From Gonapodya sp. JEL0774 (lineage: Eukaryota): DNA of 35,311 nucleotides. The notes under the pieces were generated by a model, which was not told where the DNA came from, ran no database searches, and saw nothing but the letters and a program-made list of their open reading frames with translations. Both the position numbers and the translations under genes were made by a program. Positions 23,034 through 35,311 of the stretch are shown here, in pieces. The DNA lies in the NCBI GenBank assembly GCA_027604505.1, contig JADIIX010000086.1, positions 62,001-97,311 of the forward strand. Reading direction: 5' to 3'. The first letter of the stretch is position 1. Every line of letters begins with the position of its first letter.

Positions 23034-23435
23034 CGAAGGGAGCGATAGGGGACCTATTAAGTTATATATCTCATGGAGTGCATGTTTTGTGCTAGAAACT
23101 GCATAGGATGGCGAGAAGCTGTATTATTGAGAGTAGCCTGATGCGATTTGAAGAATGATGATGTTGCGCTCTGCTTCAAGCCATTCCTCTCTTCACGTGT
23201 ATTCAGATGAAATTATGAAAATATACACAACAGTTTACCAGGCAATGTACGGACGATCATTCTAATGCACATCGCGTAACTTTTGCAACTCAGCAAGTAG
23301 CGAAACGACTTGAAGCAGAGGAGTCACTCTGGACAGTACCCAAGCCAAAGCGTTCAATCTTCTAACAAGCGTTGCAATGCTGGCATTGTAAGCAAAACGT
23401 CGAGCCGCCCATCTTGGAGTGATCCCCCCAAAATT
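23034..23435. repeat. ~400-bp dispersed direct repeat, copy 2 (copy 1 at 2536-2930)
   Basis: Direct alignment to 2536-2930. Confidence 0.95.
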
Positions 23436-23911
23436 TGGCGCGGCATACTACGCACGAGTCACGATTTAAATTCGTAGCGCTGTACGGTGGATTGCAAAAT
23501 GATTCTCCTTCTGGCAATAAAACAGACCGCAATGTATCGCGGCAATCAATTGCTGCCAAAGTGGGGGTTTTGCAAATCGGTAATCCCCCTAAAAATTATA
23601 TATAGACCTTGCATGGTAAAATATACACTAGCTTTGAGACAACTAGCACAGATCTCGTGTCAATTAACCCATCGCTTGCAAAGGTATGAACAAAAGTGCC
23701 GGAGTTGCTTCATTGCAATTTATCAACAAATGGCGTCCACTTGCACAAAGGGCAGCCCTTGTGAACCTGAGAATCCTCCGTCCCCCAAACAATGCTACGG
23801 GAAATGTCCGAGAAAGCCATCAATACTTCAACATCATCCGAATTACTCGTCTGGAGTAATTGCTGCGACGCCCGGCTCAAGACCTGAATATGGTGTCACA
23901 GTTAACCACAA

Positions 23912-26201
<2,290 letters not shown>

Positions 26202-26381
26202 GTTCGCGGATGTTTGGAAATTTTGGTGTCCTCTCTGTTTCCCCATAACGTGCACGGATCATCGACCACAACATTTCCAAACATCTCAAAAGAATGTGGT
26301 CCAAATCCAAATCTTTGCTAGTCTCTGGGAATGAAAATAATAGGTCCACACCTGAGCGAAACTCAATTATATATACACTCG

Positions 26382-27656
26382 CTACTTCTCCTTCACAACG
26401 GAATTTTTCACATGTTCGCCAATTGATGCTAGTGGATTAGAGCGGAAGGCATCCAGTGCAAGAATCTGACGGTGCCGCAAAATTTCCGAAATTCTTTTGT
26501 TTATCAGACACACGTTGACATACGACGAAAGAGAGGGGGTTTGAGTGAGTGATTCCAGGGAATAGAGAAGACATGAGCGCGATCGCCAGAGCACAACAAA
26601 TTCTCGTGCGCCTCGCAAAGCGCCAATATATACTAGATGATGGGAGTAACAAGCCTTCCTTTTGACAGGAGGTATCTCCCGTTCCCCGACGCTCTTATTC
26701 AGATAAACACCAAGAGCTGTCGCAAGTGTTTCCACCAAGCAGGTCTCTTCAGCCACCTCAAACAGTCCCCTGTTCTGATGTTGAAAGAAAGGCACATCTC
26801 CATCTCGACGTGGGCAAAACCCTCAACCGACTCACCCAACTTGTCGTCTCTTCTCATTCCCCAACGGTTTTCGCCTCTTCCTCTCCTCGAGGCTTTGTCT
26901 CTCCCTCACGCGCTCTTCGTCCTGGACATCGTGGTCCCGCTCGGCATCGAGAATCGAAAGTTTAAGGGGGGCAAGATCAAGCAGTTGAGGGGGACGCTTT
27001 TTTCGTGGTTTTGCAGTTGTTTGGTTTGTTCGCATTCGATTGGAAAGGGTGAGTTCTGGTGAGTTTGGAGAAAGAATCTGTCAGGCTCCCTGGTCCACTT
27101 CGTTGGGAATGAACGATCTCGACGTGGCGGTGATGTAACAAGCCGATTGTCCGTCACATGTCACAAGCAGTTATCATAGCAGTAATTCCTTATAGTTGAT
27201 GGAACATGAGAGGGCTTCTTCGCTGCTCCGTGCTCATCCGTCTTCAGAACCTGCCTGTCGAAGATACGGGGAGCTCAGAAGCCCACTATATCACGGATGC
27301 TCACTTTCCATCCATTTAAGGTGCTTCAATCGTCGTTTGTTATCTTTTGTGAGGGCAGCATCCTCAACGTCTTCCTTTCACATAGAGAGATGGAAGTGGA
27401 CACCGAGGGCAAAGTGGAGAAAGAGTGAATGGAGCCTCGGACAGAAGTCTATCTCGCAATAATCACTCTGTACCTCAGGAAAATCACTACCAGCGATACT
27501 CGCTGTCGTATCGAGCGTCGCCTCCGTGTCCAACTCATCATCATCATCCTCGAACGTGACAACGTTCACCGGCAGTTGCTTGGGCACTGGTCGAGCCGAT
27601 TTGCGTGATTGCAATGTTCTGGATGCTTTTTCTCGGGAGCGAATTGCTTTGGGCAT
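26382..27656 (-). CDS. SLX9: Ribosome biogenesis protein Slx9/FAM207A-like, 4 exons
   Basis: Start MPKAIRSR; LTKDNKRRLKHLKWMEKL; LLDLAPLKLSI; C-terminal EILRHRQILALDAFRSNPLASIGEHVKNSV matching the Slx9 F-x-x-N-P-x-x-x-I-x-x-H-x-x-N pattern. Splice phases are consistent. Confidence 0.72.
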
Positions 27657-28078
27657 TTCAGTGAGTTGTGTGGAAAGAGAAACGAAGTTGTTGGATGTCA
27701 CTGCCCCATATTTGAAAGTCACCTGAACCAGTGATTCGACTTTCAAGGATAAAAGGGCATGAGGTAGACGTTTATGAACAATCTGGCGTAATAAATCCGT
27801 CTGTCCGCATCGGTGTGGGACGTCCAGGGAAAGACCAGCGTCTCTCTCATGTTTCGGTCACAAATAAAATCGCAAGAATCTAATGATAATAGGGTGCGGC
27901 ATCGTTACCTTGAGAAGAGTTTTGGGAAATTCGTTCAGTGCATTGGTGAACTGAACGAAGGAGCTCCCTCGGTCGGTGACACTTTTCTCTTGACAGGAGC
28001 ACGGAAATATTCTGCCTGCCATTAACCGCCCCACACCACACCCACACCCGAACCGACACTGACACTCGCCAAATCTCT

Positions 28079-30954
28079 ATGGGAAACAACCGTGGAAGAC
28101 GCGCCAGAAACAAACAGCCCCCTCCAGAACCCCTGGATGGTCCCAAACTCTCACAGTCAAAAAATTCCTTCAAAGGAGCAGATAAGAAGAACCTCGCACC
28201 ATCACTGCACAAAACAGGCGGTTCCAATGGCGTTGTGAAAAAGGAATCTCGTGCTCGGCCATCCTCCGCAAATGGATCATCCTCAGGAATGCAGAATGGT
28301 AAACGTGGACGAACGGGAAATGGCCCAAAGCGAAAGCTCGATGAGGAAGAGGAGGACGAACCCAACATTTTCGATCCGAAACCAATCGATGAGCGTGCGA
28401 CAAAGTCGGGCAAGGCAGCCAAGCTAGGGAAAGAAACAGGGTCCGTGATGGTGCCTTCTTCCAAGAAACAAAAGTTCGTTGACTCCAGCCTTTTCACACT
28501 CAAATAAACTCCATCTCAAAACATGCAATCATCTGCTGGTAGACTGGATTCCTCGATAACAGCATCTAAGTCCTCCACAGTTCCAATCACTGCCTCATCA
28601 AAACCTTCAAAACCTTCGAACGGTAAGGTAGCACCACCATCAAAACTTCAAAAATCCAAATTACCTCAATTTATTGAGGAAGAAGAGATGGACGATGAAG
28701 ACGAGCAAGCTTCGCAGTCAGATGCTGGCAGCGACGATAATATGGAAGAAGTTGACGGAGTCGTCATCGAGTCCTTCGATGACTGGGCTGCCCAGGACAT
28801 ATCTGGCGGTGGCGAAGGCCAGGATGAAGAGTGGGAGGACGATGATTCGGAAATGGATGAAGCTGGTAATGAGGTGGGGGACGGTGAAGATGACGATGAG
28901 GAAATGGACTTTGACAGGGACGGTGGGCATGGTAGCAGCGGATCTGACGACGAGAATGATGACGACGAGGACGATGACGACGAAGGTGGAGAAGTAGCAG
29001 GGTCAGACGACGAGGTACGTGTGCGGATGTTGATATGTCGGATCATCCCAGCCATACTAAAAGTACGAACAATTGCTCTCAAAATTTCAGCTCACGGGCG
29101 CTGCGCCAGAAGAAGATATTACACTGAACCTTATTGAAGGCGATGTGGACGATGAGGATGCGCGCAACAAGGTGCCCTCGGATTACAATGTCGTCAAGGA
29201 ACAGGTTCAGGAAGTGGTAAGGGTCTTGAGCGACTTTAAAAACTTGGGCAAGGGAGTGTGGGTATCGTGGAAGAGTCATCATAAACAGACTGTGGAAATT
29301 GATCTCCCTCGACGGCGTTTGAATCTCCTCTCCTCACAGTCCTCGCGCAACATATATGACAACCCTCACCCACCTCCTCGCCTCCTACTTCTCCTACACA
29401 CCCTACCTCGTCTCAATTCTTGTTCCCCTCTTCCCTATATCTGAAGTTCTCCCATTCTTCGAAGCCAACGAGACGCCTAGGCCTGTGACGGTCAGATCAA
29501 ACACTCTCAAGGCAACACGGAGAGAGCTTGTCGAGAAACTCGAAGGAAGGGGAGTGCGAGTAGGACCAGTCGGGTCGTGGGAGAAAGCGGGACTCGTGGT
29601 GTTTGAGAGTAAGGTGCCCATCGGTGAGTTGCGAGAGCCGCACCTGCTGCGGTACTTGTCCACACGCATATTGTAGTCACCTTGTGATGAGAGCAATTAC
29701 TCTTCTTGTCTTCAGGCGCCACTCCCGAGTATCTCGCTGGCCAATACATGCTTCAATCCCCTTCGTCCTTCCTGCCTGTACTTGCATTAGCGCCGAAGGA
29801 GAAGGAGCGAGTCCTTGACATGTGTGCAGCCCCCGGGGGGAAAACGACGCATATGGCAGCCCTCATGCGGAACACGGGCGTAATTGTAGCGAACGATGCG
29901 AACAGGTCGAGGTGTAAAGGCCTGGTCGGAAACATTCAGAGACTTGGTGGGTTGGGATGTGACTGTGGGCGACTTGTACGGTGGAGTTTTAATTCTCATT
30001 GTGTTGACACGATAGGAGTTCGCAACGCAATTGTGTCCAACTACGACGCTCGCGAGTATCCGAAAGTTATGGGTGGGTTCGATAGGGTGCTTCTTGACGC
30101 TCCTTGTTCGGGTACCGGCGTTATTTCCAAGGACCCGTCAGTCAAAGTAAACAAGGTCAGTGCTTATGTCGTCTCATTCACTTTCTCCACTGGTATATCT
30201 CAAGCCCGAATGTCATATCGTCTCCTGTTCCAGACTGAGAAAGATTTCCAAAAACTCTCCGGTCTCCAAAAAGAACTTCTTCTCCACGCTATTGACTCGG
30301 TAGACGCCCACAGCAGCACTGGAGGGTTCATTGTGTACTCAACGTGTTCTGTGACTGTTCATGAGAACGAGGAGGTGGTCAACTACGCCCTGAAGAAGAG
30401 GGACGTGAAGCTGGTGGATACCGGATTGGAGTTTGGGAAAGAAGGATTTGTAAAGTAAGATTTTATTTCTTGTGCTGATGCCGTACTCTCCGAGAATTGA
30501 TTTAAAACTGCGATTGCATGTCCCTGTGCAGCTTTTGTGGCAAATCCTTTCACTCGTCACTCAAACTTACCCGCCGGTACTACCCGCACACCAATAACAT
30601 GGACGGGTTCTTTGTGGCCAAGCTCCAGAAATTATCGAATAAGATACCAAAGGTGAAGAATGGTGATGGCGACCCGGTAGAAGAGCCCAAGGCGGTCGAG
30701 GAGGAGTGGGAGGCGAACTCCACAAAGAAATCTTCGGGCAAGACCAAGAAGCAAGTGGAAAAGGATGGTGAGCCCAAGTTTGACGATGAAGGTGACGCTG
30801 ATATTATTCGAGGTAAGTTGCCGCTCAAATAATTGTTGTTGCAAGATTGGGTAGTTGAAACGTGTCATACAAAGCTGCAAGACTCAAGAGCCTCAAGAAA
30901 AAGGGTATCAGGGTGGGATCGGCAAAGTCTGAGACTGGAAAAAGCGCAGCATAG
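28079..30954 (+). CDS. NOP2: 25S rRNA m5C methyltransferase Nop2 (RsmB/NOL1 family), multi-exon
   Basis: Basic then acidic N-terminus. Motifs [65 protein letters not shown] and [17 protein letters not shown]. Confidence 0.95.
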
Positions 30955-31131
30955 CATAGACTTGCATAGTACAATTGTTGAATTTTTGCTTTATTGTGAG
31001 GTGCTGAAATGACATTCTCGTGTGCCCAGCTTCATCTGTGCAAATGCCAATTACAATTATTACTTTGCTGAGACGATGTGTCAAATAGTACCGAATTTCG
31101 AAAAGAAATATCTCCGGTACAGCTCTTCCCA

Positions 31132-32710
31132 TCATACACCGAGCATTTGCTTCACGGCCCTGGGTGTGTTGTCGTCCCCCAAGTGCTTTGTAGTGTATCT
31201 GAGCGCGTTGAGAAGATTCTCCCGCTCATCCCCTGCACGATCTTGAACCAGTTTGATTTGTGCACGTATCTTGGATGGGGTGAGGTCGAATTACATTGAA
31301 ATGGAAACGGCGTGTTCAAGCTTAAATTTCAACGAAAATTTATGACACTCAGCCCCAAAAGACTCACATTTATCAGTCCAACTTTAGCAAACGCTCCGTC
31401 TTTATCGATATGGTCATATAAAACACTGCACGCAATACACACCCGGAGGCAGTAAGCCACCATTTCCGGAGCGGTTACGCGATTCTTGGCAACGGCGTTG
31501 TATGAGACGAGGGACATAATGCCAAGGCACGTAGAGACGAGATGAGGGAAATTAGGGGATGAGGATTGGTTCTAAGGGAGGTTTGAGGTAGTGGATCGGT
31601 GAAATGAGTTGCGTTTCGCGACTTGTGCGCGGACGATGTGAACGCTTGCGGTACCAACAGCAGTGACAAACTGAGTGGTGCAATCGGTTATTGTCTTGAG
31701 CATGGGTCCAGAGTAAGCGTAGAACAAGGACATTCGCGATGCAAGTTCGTCTGAAACTGGAAGTGGTTGGGTGGGCTGAGAGTAGGTTGTGGATGGTGCA
31801 CAAAATAAAGACACAGATCATTCGGGGGAAACGGAGAGGTTACAGGCGCTTCGAAGCCCAAATATTCATCCACTACCTGATTCACTTACCGACTGGCTCA
31901 TCTTCATTTTGCTCAGAGATCTGCGGTAGTAAGAGAAATCATTTTGAATTGCCGGCTTCGACATCTGGGTCAAGTCGCCGAAGCGTGATGAGTTTGTAAT
32001 ATGCTCTGAGCATACGTATTGCAGCATCCGCAGAGCCTCTTCCACACCTTGATATCGTCGAATCTTGTGGCAAAATGCAAAATATCGACAAGCTGACGAG
32101 CGGTCGCCTGGTAGCTCCGAAGATTCTCTTCCACATCGCCTGAGCAGAGTAGACTCAGAACTTTGGGGAGAGCAATCTCTGAAGAATCATTTTTGGGAGA
32201 TATGTATGAAGGTTCGACGGACAAGGAGTTTCCATTTCATTGTGGCATTCACCAATCTTCCCACTGAATTCATAAAAGTCCTTTAATTTGGTCACAGCAG
32301 GCAGCAAAGTTTTCAAAGCCTCATTCTCCGTTGTAGATCCGGGACTGCTGATGGCTCTCCGAATCACGTCGGAGTTTCCTTCGTATCGCTGAAGCTGTGC
32401 CAGGATCTGAGGGGCTTCAGACAGGACTTCATTCACTTCGTTATAGTTGAATTGTTCTGCTGCTGTGGGCTTTGCGCCTGGCAAGGTGAATCATCGAGTG
32501 TTTGCCGTTTGAAGTTGGCCGAGAGAGCGACCGGCAAGCCATCATTGGCCGAGTATAGCCAAGAAGAATAATGGCAGATTCTAGGGCCCGAATTCGGTAC
32601 AGCATCGATGAATCGAAGCAGGACTCACTCTCGAAGTCGATTTGCAAGTCGCTGAAGTTGACGCTTGATTCATCACTTCTGGACAGGAGAACAGAGAGGA
32701 GCGCGCCCAT
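31132..32710 (-). CDS. FAM49: CYRI / FAM49 (CYFIP-related Rac1 interactor), multi-exon
   Basis: N-terminal MGALLSVL (myristoylation-type Gly2), IDFE, IRRAISSP, FDDIKMSKPAIQNDFSYYRRSLS, RMSLFYA, LYDHI...GAF and LLNALRYTTKHL. Confidence 0.93.
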
Positions 32711-33008
32711 TCGAGTATATCTGAGGGCTGTGCGAGGGCGAAACGAAGTTGTGTTAAGTCTGGAAGCTTATATCGGATGATGGATAAATGTATGAGCTCC
32801 ACAAACACCATGATGCACAACACGCGCACATAAATGTCATTGTACTATCAGGATCCTTTTGTGAAACATTAGCGACCATTAAGCATTGAATAGCAACAAT
32901 TGTCATGACTACCACTAACTCTCATATCGAGTAAGCGTCGCAGGCAACTGTGACAGAGCGCGTTCCGACGCGAGGCGACTGCTGACAACCACTTCTCTCA
33001 AAGTAGAA

Positions 33009-34557
33009 CTAAGAGTCTCTCGAGCCTCCTTGTCCAGGAGCTAGACACTGATCCTGAATGGCAAGGACTCTCCGACCAGCCGCTGCCTCTGTGGATCGCA
33101 GGAGCTCCATCGCCCGTTGATTATTGAGGTTCAGCGCAGCCAACACTCTATTGAATTCCTCCTTTTTCAGCGGTACCCGGATGAGGTCCTCGGCTAGCGT
33201 TACGTTCCCATTTAAACTACGGGTTGCGTCCAGGTCATACACGACCGACAAAAATATAGCAGTGGCATCCGGGATTGTCAGACGGACGAACTCGGTAGAG
33301 ATTCCTGGAAGTGGTTTCACATCTTCCGAAGCGGACGTTAACAGGGCGGTGAAAAGTGCCACTACATCGCCACGGCGTTTTTGCCAATGATCCTTTGCCG
33401 CAGCTCCTAATATGCGCCAGGCAAGGCGCGCAGAGAGTCCAGACTCAGAGAGAAATCGCAAAAGGCAGCCAAGACGATTATGTAGTGAAAGAACGGTCGG
33501 AATTTTCTGTTGAAAAAGTTCCTCTACCGCACCTCCAAGGTGTTTTCGCGGGACCGCTGATTTCACTGCAACCACCCCGGAGAAGAAGCGACGACCATCA
33601 CATTGTCGCCAAAGATCCACAAGGTCAATGTCGAGACCCCGGATGACCGCGAGTGTGAGCACGGTTTCCTGAGTACAGCTCCAGTCAAGACCCCACACAA
33701 ACTCTCGAATAGAGATTTGCTTGTCCTCCCACATTCTCCGCATTACAAAGAGCGACACGATAGAGTGGACATGGACGACATCGGGTGGCTGCGCCGGGGT
33801 GATCCCAATGGTAAGAGCTGGCACAAGAGACAATGGTGGAACACCACATCCACGAATAGCTGTGCAGAGTATCTCCATGTTGAGGATTTGGAGAGTTTCA
33901 GTTAGGTAGGAAATAGCACCGGCGACGTCGAAGCGCACAAGGCACTGATGGATGACGTGCATATCGGCCAGTGTAAGTCGAGGAGGATAACTCGAAAGTT
34001 GCGGCATTGGAACGTCCGATGAACGCTCCACAGGCTGAGCAGGAGCAGGCGATCAGAAGCTTGAATCTGGCTCTTGCGATTCTGAAGCCGTGCGCGCATA
34101 CCAAACATCCCTCCTCTTGAATGATTCCCCCGTTGAATGCCTCTATGTCCGCTGGAAACGAAAAAACTCTCCTGAGAAACGCTACTGCACGGGGATTGTC
34201 ACCAAAGCCGGCTCTGGCGAAGACATTTCCGGCTTGGGCTGGCGATAGCCTTGGGGCTGTCCCGATAATGTCCAACATCGTTACCAAGTCAATGTCACGG
34301 GGGATGAGTTCTAGAGCGTATCGCAGGCCAAACGCTCTAAATATAAGGTAGAAACAATCCCTAAGCTCGCGTGGGAGCCTTGTGGTGGCTAGCGCCCGCT
34401 TGAAACGGAGGATGCATGCGGTGTGGATATGTTGGCGAAGAAGTCGCGAGACAACACGGAGACGCCATAACTCTGAGATCCGCAAAGACGCCAAAATATG
34501 TGATTGTACGAGCTCGCCCGCCTCGAACAGGCGGCGACCCGCGGTGCGCGTCTCCAT
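33009..34557 (-). CDS. Hypothetical protein with N-terminal F-box-like motif; exons 34557-34102 and 34034-33009
   Basis: Two long ORFs joined in phase by a 67-nt GT-AG intron (34035-34101). ELVQSHILASLRISELWRLRVVSRLLR resembles an F-box. The remainder is unrecognised and Leu-rich. Confidence 0.6.
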
Positions 34558-35311
34558 TCGCTTTTCGGGGAACTGAATGGTCTGGTATTCAGAAACCAGA
34601 AACCTTGACCGAACGCCGCAGATTACATTCATTGTAACATTGAGTTGAAACCCTGCATGTTACGACAGAAAAGCAGAGACTACGAGTGATGGTCATGATA
34701 CGAGAACAGCAAGTTTTACACTTCTTCAAGATGAGTAGAGTGAATGAGAAGAGTCAGGAAGATTACAAATATGTATTTGCAGACTTATCGGCCTCAAGTC
34801 AATGTACACAGAGTATTAAAGGTTAGCAGACACTGAATCTCGGAGAGGTGGCGCGACTACGGACGAAGTACATCCTGATCTCGCAGTTGACCCGGCAGGA
34901 AATCATTGCTTGTGGTGCGATGTGCGGAAGCTTCATCAGAATGAAATGGTGTGGATTTGTGGATAGGACTAACACTGACTTCGCAAGATTGCTTCAAAGA
35001 GAGTGCGTTCTACTGGATCATTGAGCCGTCGGAATCGACATTCTGTTAAACGCTGAGTTCGGAGTTTGGTGCTCTTGAGGAATGATGAACTCTTATTATA
35101 TTATAAAATATGTTATATACAAGAAAGGTGAGGCTGCTTATTATTATCCAAGTAGCACGTATGTACGCAAGATATTATTTGTTCAGAACGTTGAAACAAA
35201 GTGTGTTCTCGGCGTACTTGGATGGCGTAAAGAAGCGCGAGAAGCATGCGAAACATTAAAGAGATAAGGTTGCAATGACAGCAATAGGCAAGTGCAGAAA
35301 TCTACAGGACA

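Noticed and set aside
2536..23435. Direct repeats as the LTRs of one giant retroelement
   Set aside because: No TG...CA termini, no matching TSD, and no gag/pol between them; the interval contains the core gene NEM1.
34640..35311. Terminal region and 61-aa ORF 35082-35267
   Set aside because: No motif or splice-supported model; treated as intergenic or belonging to a gene outside the window.

Overview
Intron-rich eukaryotic DNA, most likely from an early-diverging (zoosporic) fungus. This is inferred from a fungal RhgA-type pectinase occurring together with a CYRI/FAM49 gene. The left part holds a BBE-type FAD-linked oxidoreductase and an intronless, bacterial-looking GFA gene preceded by a perfect 20-bp palindrome. 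Next comes a CpG-depleted decayed block containing a degenerate ~190-bp tandem array. The middle holds a NEM1/Dullard phosphatase, an intact GH28 rhamnogalacturonase with a GPI-like tail, a full-length but decayed PIF/Harbinger transposon (TIRs plus TAA TSD) just upstream of it, and a pseudogenised tandem GH28 paralog. The right part is a housekeeping block: Aurora kinase, SLX9 head-to-head with NOP2, CYRI/FAM49 and an F-box-like orphan. A ~395-bp direct repeat occurs at ~2.5 kb and ~23.0 kb. Exon boundaries were read by eye from splice signals and recalled protein motifs; no database searches were run.
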